Below are positions 47,408-58,591 of a DNA stretch of 64,000 bases, in pieces. Position 1 is the stretch's first letter, and the number at the start of each line of letters is the position of its first letter. The notes beneath the pieces were generated by a model. That model was not told where the DNA came from and did not search any database. It saw only the letters and a program-made list of their open reading frames with translations. The DNA is from an uncultured Aquimarina sp. (GTDB lineage Bacteria; Bacteroidota; Bacteroidia; Flavobacteriales; Flavobacteriaceae), in assembly GCF_947492965.1 (NCBI RefSeq), contig NZ_CANLOZ010000001.1, positions 931,975 to 995,974 of the forward strand, read 5' to 3'. The position numbers and the translations under genes were made by a program.

Positions 47408-50400
47408 ATGATTAAATCAAACCTTGTCTTTAGCATAGCTTTATGTTTATTTATTTTTTTTAGAGTTACTATTGGAAATGCGCAATATAATGCAGATGCG
47501 CCATGGATGTCTCAAACTTTTCAAAAATCAACTTCCGATACTAAAAACACATTAAAATTTAATGAATTGGTCAATGCTTTTGATCGATATTGGGAGAATA
47601 ACGATTTTAATGTAAAAGGAAACGGACATAAACCTTTTAAGAGATGGCAGGAGTTTCATAAGAATACAGTGATGCCAGATGGTACGTTACCAACATCTGA
47701 TTTTTTGTGGGATGTCTGGGAAGAAAAACAAAATAAGAAGACGTATAACAGTAAAATGACGGAAAGTTGGCTTCCAATTGGGCCTTTTGATCATGATCCT
47801 ACAAATTCGTGGTCACCAGGCCAAGGGAGAATTAATGTTGGGATCATCGATCCTAATCAGTCTAATGTTATGTATGTGGGAGCGCCTGCTGGAGGAATTT
47901 GGAAATCTATAGATAATGGAGAAAATTGGGAGCCTTTATCTGATGATTTGCCTCAAATTGGAGTTTCTGGTATCGCAATTGACTATAATAATTCTAATGT
48001 AATTTATATATCTACAGGTGATGATGATGCTAGTGATTCTTACGGGATAGGTGTGTTGAAATCGACTGATGGAGGGTATACCTGGAATAAAACCGGTCTC
48101 GAAGCCTCTGATCAATACGAAATTGGTAATGATATTTATATAGATCCTAATAATTCTAATAAATTATGGGTGGCAACGAGTAGAGGTGTTTATAAAACAG
48201 AAGATGCTGGTGCAAATTGGGTAAAAACATTAGTGGGAAATATTAAGGATATAAAGATAAAACCTGGTGATACCAATACCATCTATGCAGCAACTTCTAA
48301 TACTTTTTATAAATCTACTGATGGAGGTAATAGTTTTTATGTAATACAAAATGGTTTGCCTGTCAATTCTTCGCGACTTGTTATAGATGTTACTCCTGCA
48401 GATCCGAATTATGTATATGTGTTAAGTGCTGCAATTGGAAACTCTTTTCAAGGTCTGTATAAATCTACTGATGCTGGTGCAAGCTTTCATAAAACTCAGG
48501 AAACTGAAAATATTTTAGAAAGTACACAAGCATGGTATGATTTAGCATTAGCGGTTTCCGATGAGGATCCGAATATGGTTTTTGTAGGGTGTCTTAATGT
48601 ATGGAAATCGATAGATGGAGGAGATAATTTTGTAAGAATAAATAGATGGAATAGTCCAACGGAGCCTACATATACACACGCAGATATACATTTTTTACGT
48701 TTTTATAATGGCCGACTTTTGTGCGGAAGTGATGGAGGGATTTATGAGTCTGTGAATAACGGGATATCGTTTACGGATTTGACAAAAGGTCTTCAAATTG
48801 GTCAGTTTTATAAAATATCGGTAGCAGAGAATAGTTCTTCTGATCATTTGGTTGGTGGTTTACAAGATAATGGAGGCTATGCTTTAGACGGTTCTCAGTG
48901 GAATGTTTATCATGGAGCAGATGGTATGGATTGTGCAGTTCAGGGTGATGATCCAAATACATATTATGGATTTATTCAATATGGGATTAGTTTGTATAAA
49001 ACAGAAGATCGTGGGAAAACTCGTAGATATTCTGGTGGAGGACCTGAAAGAGGAAATTGGGTAACGCCTTTGGTGTCCGATCGTAATGGAAATATTTACG
49101 CAGGATTTAAAAGCTTCTATAAGTTAGACAATGTTTCTTTTAGAAAACAAACTGATTTTGATTTCGGAGGTAGTAATATAGATCATATAGAGTCGGATCC
49201 CACGGATATGAACATAATCTATGCTGCTGATTTTAGAGATTTATATAAAAGTAAAGATCGTGGTGTAAACTGGGAGAAAATATATTCATTTCCTTCTTCA
49301 ATTACTTCTATCGAAGTTCATAATGATAATAATCAGATTATTTATGTATCTACATCAGGATCTATTAGCGGAAAAGTTTTTAGATCAGAAAACCAAGGAA
49401 TTGGTTTTGAAGATATTTCTGGGGATTTACCGCCAGATGCCAAATTCGTAGTGAGACATCACAAAGGAACAGAGTCTATTTATCTGGGAACCTACTTAGG
49501 AGTATATTTAAAAAATGGAGAAGAGCCGTGGCAAGATTATTCTTCCAATCTTCCTAATGTAGCTGTAAGAGATTTAGAGGTAAATCTAAAGGATAATGTG
49601 TTATTAGCAGCTACCTATGGTAGAGGAGTTTGGAAAGTTCCGTTAGCTATAGAAATTCCATCTGATGAAATAGCTCCTTCTAAGCCATTAGAAGTTGTGG
49701 CATCAGAAATTGATCAGGTTTCGCTAACATTAACTTGGAGTGCGTCTATGGATAATATTGCAGTTACTAGTTATGAGATTTATGAAGGAGATGAGTTTGT
49801 GAAATCGGTAAATGGTACAACTACGAATATTACAGGATTATCTGCGAATACCAGTTATGAATTTAGAATTATAGCATTAGACAGAAAAGGAAATAAATCT
49901 ATTCCAAGCGATGTTACTTCCATTACGACAGAAATGGTTTCCGAAATTACTGTAAACTTTTATAAACCATGGGATTGGAGTGATCAGGTGCAGGTTTACT
50001 TTTTTAGTGCTTCTTTAAATGCAACGCTTTCTGGAACTAATGAATGGCCAGGGCAATCCATGAGTTTGTTTCCAACAACAAATTGGTATTCTTATACCGT
50101 GCAGTTGCCTGCTGGTATTGATGAAAATGATGTGCGTGTAGTGTTTAATGCCGATGGTAATCAAACAGATGATTTAATGCGTTCATCAGATGGTTGGTAT
50201 TATGAAGGTGTTTGGAGTGATCAGTGTCCGATAGATTGTGATGGTTTAAATGCAACAGTTATAGATATTTATTTTAATACTCCTACCTACAGCTGGAATG
50301 GTTCTTCGAATATCTATGTGTTTGATAGAAATCGAAATATTACTTTAGAAAACACAGTAGCTTGGCCTGGTCAAGCGATGACCACTATATCAGGAACTCC

Positions 50401-50911
50401 ATGGAAGAAATGGTCATTCGTAGTTCCTAATGGGGTGTCTCCTGATGATATAGGTATTGTATTTAATGATGGTAGTGGAATGCAGACGGTAGATTTAGCA
50501 AGAAATAGAACGGGTTGGTTTACAGCTGGATATATCGATAATGGAAAATATGTTGGTTTCTGGAGTGATTCTTGTCCATCATCATGTGATCAGATACCGT
50601 CAATTGATGAGGTAGAAGAATCAATTTCGACAATAGCATCTACTTCGGAAGATACCGTAAAGGCGATGATTATACCTAACCCGATTAAAGAGGATTCATT
50701 TTTAAGGCTTAATTTGCCAAGTAGCGGAGTTTTAGAAGTTAATTTTATAAACTTACTAGGGCAAAAAAGAACAATATTTAATGATAATGCCATTTCTGGA
50801 AGAATGGATATTCAACTAAATCATTTAGATAATGAACTAAAAGGAATATGCTTTTACGAAATCAAACTCAATGGAACTAGACTGCATACCATAAAAGCAG
50901 TTGTGCAATAA
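47408..50911 (+). CDS. T9SS-secreted multidomain protein: VPS10/BNR Asp-box beta-propeller, FN3, two CBM26-like modules and CTD
   Basis: About ten SxDxGxxW/F Asp-boxes; FN3 LTWSAS...YEFRIIA; two WPGQ.M...VFN..G.QT.DL modules; IIPNPI CTD. Confidence 0.85.
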   Translation: MIKSNLVFSIALCLFIFFRVTIGNAQYNADAPWMSQTFQKSTSDTKNTLKFNELVNAFDRYWENNDFNVKGNGHKPFKRWQEFHKNTVMPDGTLPTSDFLWDVWEEKQNKKTYNSKMTESWLPIGPFDHDPTNSWSPGQGRINVGIIDPNQSNVMYVGAPAGGIWKSIDNGENWEPLSDDLPQIGVSGIAIDYNNSNVIYISTGDDDASDSYGIGVLKSTDGGYTWNKTGLEASDQYEIGNDIYIDPNNSNKLWVATSRGVYKTEDAGANWVKTLVGNIKDIKIKPGDTNTIYAATSNTFYKSTDGGNSFYVIQNGLPVNSSRLVIDVTPADPNYVYVLSAAIGNSFQGLYKSTDAGASFHKTQETENILESTQAWYDLALAVSDEDPNMVFVGCLNVWKSIDGGDNFVRINRWNSPTEPTYTHADIHFLRFYNGRLLCGSDGGIYESVNNGISFTDLTKGLQIGQFYKISVAENSSSDHLVGGLQDNGGYALDGSQWNVYHGADGMDCAVQGDDPNTYYGFIQYGISLYKTEDRGKTRRYSGGGPERGNWVTPLVSDRNGNIYAGFKSFYKLDNVSFRKQTDFDFGGSNIDHIESDPTDMNIIYAADFRDLYKSKDRGVNWEKIYSFPSSITSIEVHNDNNQIIYVSTSGSISGKVFRSENQGIGFEDISGDLPPDAKFVVRHHKGTESIYLGTYLGVYLKNGEEPWQDYSSNLPNVAVRDLEVNLKDNVLLAATYGRGVWKVPLAIEIPSDEIAPSKPLEVVASEIDQVSLTLTWSASMDNIAVTSYEIYEGDEFVKSVNGTTTNITGLSANTSYEFRIIALDRKGNKSIPSDVTSITTEMVSEITVNFYKPWDWSDQVQVYFFSASLNATLSGTNEWPGQSMSLFPTTNWYSYTVQLPAGIDENDVRVVFNADGNQTDDLMRSSDGWYYEGVWSDQCPIDCDGLNATVIDIYFNTPTYSWNGSSNIYVFDRNRNITLENTVAWPGQAMTTISGTPWKKWSFVVPNGVSPDDIGIVFNDGSGMQTVDLARNRTGWFTAGYIDNGKYVGFWSDSCPSSCDQIPSIDEVEESISTIASTSEDTVKAMIIPNPIKEDSFLRLNLPSSGVLEVNFINLLGQKRTIFNDNAISGRMDIQLNHLDNELKGICFYEIKLNGTRLHTIKAVVQ

Positions 50912-50927
50912 ACTTTGCAAAGAGTTT

Positions 50928-50961
50928 AAAAAGGGTAAAGTTTTATTGCTTTACCCTTTTT
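50928..50961. terminator. Bidirectional terminator
   Basis: aaaaagggtaaag / ctttacccttttt. Confidence 0.85.
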
Positions 50962-50963
50962 TT

Positions 50964-52232
50964 TTAGTTTGTAATATTTCTTGAGTTTCCGATTCCTTTT
51001 CCAATTGCACGATCATAACGAGCACCAGGAGCACGATAATATGGAATGACTACATATTCATTTTCAGTTTCATCGAAATTACCGCTAATAAAACCAGGAT
51101 CTATGGTTCCGTCAGGGCGTACCAATACATATTTGTAATTGTTGAATCCCTGTTTAAATAATTTTTTACCTGTGTAAATTCCGTTCTCTTGATCATATGT
51201 TAAACGAGTAGACTCGTCAGTTATATAATTATTGAAATTTCCGAAAAGATGAATTTCGCCACCATCTAAAGGCTCATAGCACTGCAATGCAAAATGCATC
51301 CATACGTAATCCGCTTCTGTATTGCTGTTTTCTGCTCTTAGATTTCTAACAACAAAACTACCGTTGATATCAGGATAATAAGTGTAAATTCTGTTACCAC
51401 GTACCACATCTGTATAGAGGTAATTGTGGTAAATATCTTGTAAATCGATTCCTCTGATGTTGGCTGTAGGAGATCGTACTTCTTTATTGTCAAAGAAAAG
51501 AAATTCATTTCCTGCCCAGAAGCTAGATTCAGTATCATATTTGTATACTAGGTTATTGGCAACGGTGAATTGTGGAACTAAATCTGTGATAGCATTTTTT
51601 AAATCATTATTCTGAATCACTAAGGTTTTTACGTTGCGTTTAGGATTCTTCAGAATTTCATTTGGTGAACTTATTTCAAATTGTACAGATTGTCGTGTAT
51701 CGATAAATTTTAAATCTCTAGATCTTTTGGTGTATACTTTAACGTTAGTCAGATTTTCATAAACAATGAACTTTCTGGAAAACACAATTTCACCATCGTC
51801 ATCATAAATTTCGATCATATAGTTCCCACTTACCTTTAAACCTCTTGTATCTTCATTGGGTATCCTTAAGGTATAATGGCTATACATCTGTAAGGTATTA
51901 AAAGAATTTTCGTAGTTGACTATTCTAATATCATCAAATCCGTTTAGGTATTCATTTTTGTACAAGGAAGAAGGAGTCCAGTCAAAATTATAATAGGTGA
52001 TTTTGTAATAATAATCTACTTCATCTCCATTGATATCATCAAACCTAATGGTTAGTGGATCACCAAGTTTTAAAATTGGTGTGCCCGAAAATTCTTCACT
52101 ACCAAAAAGTTGAATCGTTTTTATATGGTCTGGAGGTGCGATCTCTTCTGTGGTTTCTTGAGCGAGAATAATTGATGGAAAGGAGCTAAAAATTCCTAAA
52201 ATCAAAAAGAATTGTTTAAGTTTTTGTGACAT
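50964..52232 (-). CDS. T9SS Plug protein (DUF5103 family)
   Basis: PDHIKTIQL, SFNTLQMYSHY, SGNY and ETENEY motifs; signal peptide from ATG 52232. Confidence 0.8.
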   Translation of the reverse strand: MSQKLKQFFLILGIFSSFPSIILAQETTEEIAPPDHIKTIQLFGSEEFSGTPILKLGDPLTIRFDDINGDEVDYYYKITYYNFDWTPSSLYKNEYLNGFDDIRIVNYENSFNTLQMYSHYTLRIPNEDTRGLKVSGNYMIEIYDDDGEIVFSRKFIVYENLTNVKVYTKRSRDLKFIDTRQSVQFEISSPNEILKNPKRNVKTLVIQNNDLKNAITDLVPQFTVANNLVYKYDTESSFWAGNEFLFFDNKEVRSPTANIRGIDLQDIYHNYLYTDVVRGNRIYTYYPDINGSFVVRNLRAENSNTEADYVWMHFALQCYEPLDGGEIHLFGNFNNYITDESTRLTYDQENGIYTGKKLFKQGFNNYKYVLVRPDGTIDPGFISGNFDETENEYVVIPYYRAPGARYDRAIGKGIGNSRNITN

Positions 52233-52421
52233 TAATAGAATTGTTGATTGTGTAAAGATAAACAAAATGTGTGCCTAAAGATAAGTGTAGATTTTTTAGG
52301 GCTCAAACTTCTTATTTAGAAACATTATAAATAAAATCTTATAACATCACCAGCTTTCACTTACGTGTTTTAATTAGTAAATTTGCACGATTTTTTTAGT
52401 TAATTAACATAGACTACTAAT

Positions 52422-53774
52422 ATGTCAAAAGACATTCGTATCAGAAAGGGCTTAGACATTAAGCTGGTTGGTGAAGCAGAGAAGGTTACTTCTGAGGCTA
52501 CCAAGAGCAATGTTTACGCAATAAAGCCTGACGATTTCCACGGTATTGTACCCAAAGTTATTGCCAAACAAGGTACAGAAGTAAAAGCCGGCGAACCCCT
52601 TTTCCACTCAAAAACTAATGAAAATATGCTTTTTCCTTCTCCGGTAAGTGGTGAAGTTGTGGAAATTGTTCGCGGTGCTAAACGAAAAATATTAACGTTC
52701 AAGATTTTAGCGGATAAAGAACAACAATTTGCCGATTATGGTGCAAAGGATGTAAAGTCAATGAGTGGAGAAGATATCAAATCTCACTTATTAGCGTCTG
52801 GTTGTTGGCCGTTTATAAAGCAACGTCCGTATGATGTAATTGCTAATCCAGAAGTTGCTCCAAAAGCAATATTTATTTCTGCATATGCAACTGCACCATT
52901 GGCTGCAGATCTTGAATATGTTTTAACGGGTAAAGAAAAAGAGCTTCAAGCAGCTGTTACGGCATTGAGCAAGTTGACAGAAGGTGATGTCCATGTTTCT
53001 ATTGGTAAAAATGGAAGTTCTCCTTTTACTGGTTTAGATCACATCACCATTCATAATGTAAGTGGTCCACATCCTGCTGGAAATGTTGGGGTACAGATCG
53101 CTAAAGTAGATCCAATAAACAAAGGAGAGGTTGTATGGGTAGTAAATCCTCAGGACTTAGTGATTATTGGAGAGTTGTTATTAACAGGGAAATTTAATGC
53201 CGAGCGTATTATTGCGCTAGCAGGATCTTCTGTAAAAAGCCCTAAGTATTTTAAGACAAAAATAGGCGCAGAAGTATCTTCAGTGGTATATGATTCTGGA
53301 GTAAATGATAATAACATAAGAGTGATCAGTGGTAATGTGCTTACTGGAGATAATGTAAAGCCTGATGGTCATTTAGGTTTTTATCATGATATGATCACTG
53401 TAATTCCGGAAGGAAATGATTATGAGTTTTTTGGATGGAATAAACCAATCTTCAATAAAATTTCTCCTTCTAGAGCATTGACTTTTTCTTGGTTATTCCC
53501 AAATAAAAAGTATGATTTAAATACGAATACGAATGGAGAACATAGAGCGTTTGTAGTTACGGGTAATTATGAAAATGTTTTTCCAATGGATATTTATCCA
53601 TTACAAATCTTAAAAGCTTGTGCTGTTAATGATTTGGATGCGATGGAGCAGTTAGGAATGTATGAAGTAGCTCCTGAAGATTTTGCGTTGACTGAGTTCA
53701 TATGTGTGTCCAAACAACCACATCAGCAAATCATCAGAGAAGGATTGGATTTAATGTTAAAAGAAATAGGATAG
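52422..53774 (+). CDS. nqrA: Na+-translocating NADH:quinone reductase subunit A
   Basis: IRKGLDIKL, GPHPAGNVG and FICVSKQ motifs; TAAATTTG promoter at 52378. Confidence 0.96.
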   Translation: MSKDIRIRKGLDIKLVGEAEKVTSEATKSNVYAIKPDDFHGIVPKVIAKQGTEVKAGEPLFHSKTNENMLFPSPVSGEVVEIVRGAKRKILTFKILADKEQQFADYGAKDVKSMSGEDIKSHLLASGCWPFIKQRPYDVIANPEVAPKAIFISAYATAPLAADLEYVLTGKEKELQAAVTALSKLTEGDVHVSIGKNGSSPFTGLDHITIHNVSGPHPAGNVGVQIAKVDPINKGEVVWVVNPQDLVIIGELLLTGKFNAERIIALAGSSVKSPKYFKTKIGAEVSSVVYDSGVNDNNIRVISGNVLTGDNVKPDGHLGFYHDMITVIPEGNDYEFFGWNKPIFNKISPSRALTFSWLFPNKKYDLNTNTNGEHRAFVVTGNYENVFPMDIYPLQILKACAVNDLDAMEQLGMYEVAPEDFALTEFICVSKQPHQQIIREGLDLMLKEIG

Positions 53775-53778
53775 AGTC

Positions 53779-55023
53779 ATGAGTTTAAAAAGTAAATTAC
53801 ATAACTTAAAACTTAAGTATAAAGGTACAAAGATGGCACCTGCATTTAATGCAATCCATACTTTTCTGTATTTACCAGACGAAACTACGCATTCTGGAGC
53901 TCATGTAAGAGGAGCAGATGATCTAAAACGTACGATGAATACTGTGATTATGTCACTAGTACCATGTTTGATATTTGGTATGTTCAATGCAGGATATCAG
54001 CATTATTTAGCACTTGGAGAAATAGAAGCGGCTTCTAATGGTTTTTTTAGTGCTGCTTTTTGGTCTTTTGATAATTTAGTTATTGGATTGTGGAAGATTT
54101 TACCATTAGTGGTAATTTCATACGGAGTTGGATTGGCAGTAGAATTTTTATTCGCGGTAATCAAAGGTCATGAGGTAGAAGAGGGTTACTTAGTAACAGG
54201 AATGTTAGTTCCATTGATCGTACCAGTTGATACTCCTTTATGGATGTTAGCGGTTGCGGTAATTTTTGGTGTGGTGATCGGTAAAGAAGTTTTTGGTGGT
54301 ACGGGAATGAATATCTTAAATCCCGCTTTAACGATTAGAGCATTTTTGTTCTTTGCATATCCAACTTGGATGTCAGGAGATAAAGTTTGGGTACATGGAG
54401 CAGTAGAAAGAGCAAATGAAATTGCTGGTGGAGCACAATTGGATGCAATATCAGGAGAAACAATTCTTGGAGGATTAGCGCAAGGAAAGAATATTATAGG
54501 GTCAGGTGATGCTACATACTCGGTAATGGATGCTTTTTATGGGTTTATTCCTGGTTCTGTAGGAGAAACATCTGCATTATTAATTTTATTAGGAGCAGCT
54601 TTCTTAATTTTTACAAAAATTGGAAGTTGGAGAATTATGCTAAGTGCAGTTATCGGAACTTTAGTAATGGGATTAATATTCAACGGAGTTACTAATGCAG
54701 GTTGGATTTCAGAATCAAGTAAGTTTTATGCTTTAATGAATCTAGAATTCTGGAAACACCTTATTGTAGGTGGAATTGCATTTGGTATAGTGTTTATGGC
54801 TACAGATCCAGTAACAGCTTCACAAACGAATAAAGGAAAATGGATTTATGGATTCTTAATTGGATTTATCTCGATATTGATAAGAGTATTTAATCCAGCA
54901 TATCCAGAAGGAGTGTTCTTAGCGATATTATTAATGAATGTATTCGCTCCAACTATTGATCACTATGTGGTTCAAGGAAATGTGAAGAAGAGAATGAAAC
55001 GTCTAAAATTAAAAACAGCGTAA
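53779..55023 (+). CDS. nqrB: Na+-NQR subunit B
   Basis: DAISGET FMN site; KEVFGGTG and FMATDPVT motifs. Confidence 0.96.
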   Translation: MSLKSKLHNLKLKYKGTKMAPAFNAIHTFLYLPDETTHSGAHVRGADDLKRTMNTVIMSLVPCLIFGMFNAGYQHYLALGEIEAASNGFFSAAFWSFDNLVIGLWKILPLVVISYGVGLAVEFLFAVIKGHEVEEGYLVTGMLVPLIVPVDTPLWMLAVAVIFGVVIGKEVFGGTGMNILNPALTIRAFLFFAYPTWMSGDKVWVHGAVERANEIAGGAQLDAISGETILGGLAQGKNIIGSGDATYSVMDAFYGFIPGSVGETSALLILLGAAFLIFTKIGSWRIMLSAVIGTLVMGLIFNGVTNAGWISESSKFYALMNLEFWKHLIVGGIAFGIVFMATDPVTASQTNKGKWIYGFLIGFISILIRVFNPAYPEGVFLAILLMNVFAPTIDHYVVQGNVKKRMKRLKLKTA

Positions 55024-55025
55024 CG

Positions 55026-55781
55026 ATGGCGATTAATACAGATAAAAATTCATATACGATCATCTTTGCAATTGCAATGGTGGTTGTAGTAGGCGCCTTA
55101 TTAGCAGGAATATCTTCAGTTTTAAAACCTAATATCACTGCTAATAAAATTACAGAGAAGCAGCAAAATATTTTGTTTGCTATGGGAGTTACTGATACCG
55201 AAGATCCTAATGAGTTTGTTCCTGCAGAAAAAGCGGAAGAGCTTTTTAATAAGTATGTGGGAGATGAAAAATATATCATTGTAGGTGATGTTGCAGAGAA
55301 AACTGAAGATGCTTTTAACATCGAGGTAAAAAAAGAGAATGATAAATTAAAGCAAGACCCAAATTACAAACGTAAAATGCCTTTATTCATCGGTAAAAAA
55401 GATGGAGAAGAGTTTTATATTGTTCCTATGAGAGGAAATGGTCTTTGGGATGCGATCTGGGGATATGTATCTTTAGATAAAGAATTTAAGAAGGTAAAAG
55501 GAGCATTTTTTGATCACAAAGGAGAAACTCCTGGATTAGGTGCAAATATCAAAGAAGCATATTTTAGAGATGACTTTATTGGAGAAAGCATATTAGACGC
55601 TGCTGGAAACTATAAAGGGATTACGGTAAAGAAAGGTAATGGAGATCCTAAGAATGTGAGAAAAGATGACAATGCTGTGGATGCTATGGCGGGAGCTACG
55701 ATCACTGGTGATGGTGTTACGGCTATGGTAAAGAAAGGGATCAAAATGTATCAACCTTATTTCGCAACTTTAAAAAAATAA
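55026..55781 (+). CDS. nqrC: Na+-NQR subunit C
   Basis: GNGLWD, ETPGLG and AGATIT FMN site. Confidence 0.96.
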   Translation: MAINTDKNSYTIIFAIAMVVVVGALLAGISSVLKPNITANKITEKQQNILFAMGVTDTEDPNEFVPAEKAEELFNKYVGDEKYIIVGDVAEKTEDAFNIEVKKENDKLKQDPNYKRKMPLFIGKKDGEEFYIVPMRGNGLWDAIWGYVSLDKEFKKVKGAFFDHKGETPGLGANIKEAYFRDDFIGESILDAAGNYKGITVKKGNGDPKNVRKDDNAVDAMAGATITGDGVTAMVKKGIKMYQPYFATLKK

Positions 55782-55784
55782 CAA

Positions 55785-56483
55785 ATGGCTGAAGTAACAG
55801 AAGAAAAAGTTGAAGTTAAAGCAAAAGAGCCTAAAGAGCCATTGTTTTCGAAGAAGAATAAAAAGCTACTAACAGATCCACTTGCTGATAATAATCCTAT
55901 TACAATTCAGGTATTAGGTATTTGTTCTGCATTAGCAATTACTGCGCAGTTAAAGCCATCTATCGTAATGGCGATTTCGGTAGTATTTGTTTTAGGAATC
56001 GGTAATGTGGTAATCTCATTGATGAGAAATATCATTCCTTCTAAGATTAGAATTATCGTGCAATTGGTAGTTGTTGCTACCTTAGTAATTGTGGTTGATC
56101 AAGTACTGAAAGCATTTGCATATACACTCAGTAAAGAACTTTCAGTATTTATTGGTTTGATTATTACTAACTGTATTATCATGGGACGTTTTGAAGCATT
56201 TGCTTTGGGTAATGGTCCTTGGAAATCTTTCCTAGATGGTATTGGTAATGCAGCAGGATACGGAGTATTGTTGATCATCGTTGCTTTCTTTAGAGAGTTA
56301 TTAGGATCAGGAACACTATTCGGAGCTAAAGTATTAGGAGATCCGATCGAAAAGACTGGAGTATACGCTTTTGGATACGAGAATAATGGTTTTATGGTAT
56401 TAGCGCCAATGGCATTGATCACGGTGGGAATCATTATCTGGATCCAAAGAAGTAGAAATAAAGCATTAATTGAAGATCATTAA
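55785..56483 (+). CDS. nqrD: Na+-NQR subunit D
   Basis: [10 protein letters not shown] and [11 protein letters not shown] motifs. Confidence 0.96.
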   Translation: MAEVTEEKVEVKAKEPKEPLFSKKNKKLLTDPLADNNPITIQVLGICSALAITAQLKPSIVMAISVVFVLGIGNVVISLMRNIIPSKIRIIVQLVVVATLVIVVDQVLKAFAYTLSKELSVFIGLIITNCIIMGRFEAFALGNGPWKSFLDGIGNAAGYGVLLIIVAFFRELLGSGTLFGAKVLGDPIEKTGVYAFGYENNGFMVLAPMALITVGIIIWIQRSRNKALIEDH

Positions 56484-56494
56484 AATAAAGAAAC

Positions 56495-57208
56495 ATGGAA
56501 TATTTAGAGTTATTTTTAAAATCGATCTTTATAGATAATATGGTATTCGCATTCTTTTTAGGAATGTGTTCATACCTTGCGGTTTCCAAAAAGGTATCTA
56601 CTGCGGTAGGTCTTGGAGCAGCTGTTATATTCGTTTTGGCAATTACAGTGCCTTTAAACTTTTTACTAGATAAGTATATTCTTAGAGAAGGTGCTTTGGT
56701 TTGGTTAGGTCCTGAATATGCAGATTACGACTTAAGTTTCTTAACTTTTATTTTATTTATTGCTACCATAGCTACTATGGTACAATTGGTAGAGATTATT
56801 GTAGAGAAGTTTTCTCCGTCCTTATACAATTCATTAGGTATATTTTTACCACTTATCGCGGTAAACTGTGCGATTCTTGGAGGGTCATTATTTATGCAAC
56901 AAAAAGAATTTGCGACGATTTCACACGCGGCGGTTTACGGAATAGGATCAGGGATAGGATGGTTCTTAGCAATTTTAGCGATTGCCGCTATTAGAGAAAA
57001 GATCAGATATTCTAATGTGCCTGCTCCGTTAAGAGGATTAGGAATCACATTTATTCTTACTGGTTTAATGGCGATTGGTTTCATGAGTTTTGGAGGAATG
57101 TTAACTGGTGGAGAAGAAGAAGAGGCCAAAAAGAAAGAAACTGTGCAAGTGAAAGAAGAGACTGCTAAAGAAGTAGCAGAAAATACTAACGTTTCAATAC
57201 TTAAATAA
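56495..57208 (+). CDS. nqrE: Na+-NQR subunit E
   Basis: FLGMCSYLA and [10 protein letters not shown] motifs. Confidence 0.96.
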   Translation: MEYLELFLKSIFIDNMVFAFFLGMCSYLAVSKKVSTAVGLGAAVIFVLAITVPLNFLLDKYILREGALVWLGPEYADYDLSFLTFILFIATIATMVQLVEIIVEKFSPSLYNSLGIFLPLIAVNCAILGGSLFMQQKEFATISHAAVYGIGSGIGWFLAILAIAAIREKIRYSNVPAPLRGLGITFILTGLMAIGFMSFGGMLTGGEEEEAKKKETVQVKEETAKEVAENTNVSILK

Positions 57209-57209
57209 T

Positions 57210-58520
57210 ATGATATTTTTAGCATCTACAGTTGGAACAATCGTTATCACCATTATTTCATTTTTGGTGTTAACATTGGTTTTAGTTGGGATTTTATTGT
57301 TTGCAAAAGACAAATTATTACCATCAGGACCTGTAAAGATTACCATTAATGGAGAAAAGGAGATAGAAGTAGCTTCTGGAGGTACTTTATTATCTACTTT
57401 GGGTAATGAAAAAATATTTTTACCATCTGCATGTGGTGGTGGTGGAACCTGTATACAGTGTGAATGCCACGTATTAGAAGGTGGAGGCGAAGCATTACCT
57501 ACAGAAACGCCACACTTTTCTCGTAAAGAGTTACAGCATGGAGCGCGTTTAGCTTGTCAGGTAAAAGTAAAACAAGATATGAATATCCAAATACCAGAAG
57601 AGGTATTTGGTATCAAGAAATGGGAAGCAGAAGTTGTGCGTAACTATAACGTGGCTTCTTTTATCAAAGAATTTGTAGTTCGTATTCCGGAAGATATGGG
57701 ATATAAAGCAGGAGGATATATTCAGATAGAAATTCCACCTTGTGAAATTAAATATTCTGATATTGATATTACTGCGCATCCAGAGGAGCATGAAACTCCA
57801 GACAAATTCAAAGCGGAATGGGATAAGTTTGGTTTATGGCCATTAGTGATGAAGAATGGAGAAACTGTGGAAAGAGCTTATTCTATGGCTTCTTACCCAG
57901 CAGAAGGAAGAGATATTATGCTAAATGTTCGTATTGCTACTCCGCCATGGGATAGAAGTAAGAATGCTTGGATGGATGTTAATCCAGGTGTGGCATCTTC
58001 TTATATTTTCGCACAGAAACCAGGAGATAAAGTGACTATCTCTGGTCCTTACGGAGAATTCTTTATCAATGAATCTGAAGCAGAAATGCTTTACGTAGGT
58101 GGTGGTGCAGGAATGGCGCCAATGCGTTCTCACCTGTATCATTTATTCAAAACCTTAGAAACTGGTCGTAAAGTTACCTATTGGTACGGAGGACGTTCTA
58201 AAAGAGAATTATTCTATTTAGATCATTTCCAGCAGTTAGAAGATAAGTTTCCTAACTTTAAATTCTATTTAGCTTTATCTGAGCCTTTAGAGGAGGATAA
58301 TTGGAAAGTAAAGAAAGATATCAATGATACGGAAGGCGATGGATTTGTAGGATTTATCCATAATTGTGTGATCGATAATTATCTAAATCATCATGATGCA
58401 CCTGAGGATATAGAATTATATTTCTGTGGTCCACCATTAATGAACAAAGCAGTTCAAAAAATGGGAGAGGATTTTGGTATTCCTGATGAGAATATCAGAT
58501 TCGATGACTTTGGAGGATAG
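57210..58520 (+). CDS. nqrF: Na+-NQR subunit F
   Basis: [12 protein letters not shown] 2Fe-2S motif; [14 protein letters not shown] and YFCGPP motifs. Confidence 0.97.
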   Translation: MIFLASTVGTIVITIISFLVLTLVLVGILLFAKDKLLPSGPVKITINGEKEIEVASGGTLLSTLGNEKIFLPSACGGGGTCIQCECHVLEGGGEALPTETPHFSRKELQHGARLACQVKVKQDMNIQIPEEVFGIKKWEAEVVRNYNVASFIKEFVVRIPEDMGYKAGGYIQIEIPPCEIKYSDIDITAHPEEHETPDKFKAEWDKFGLWPLVMKNGETVERAYSMASYPAEGRDIMLNVRIATPPWDRSKNAWMDVNPGVASSYIFAQKPGDKVTISGPYGEFFINESEAEMLYVGGGAGMAPMRSHLYHLFKTLETGRKVTYWYGGRSKRELFYLDHFQQLEDKFPNFKFYLALSEPLEEDNWKVKKDINDTEGDGFVGFIHNCVIDNYLNHHDAPEDIELYFCGPPLMNKAVQKMGEDFGIPDENIRFDDFGG

Positions 58521-58547
58521 GACACCTAGTGTCTATTACATACTTTT

Positions 58548-58577
58548 AAAAACCGATACATCACTGTATCGGTTTTT
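58548..58577. terminator. Bidirectional terminator
   Basis: aaaaaccgataca / tgtatcggttttt. Confidence 0.88.
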
Positions 58578-58591
58578 TGTTTGCCTTTGTT

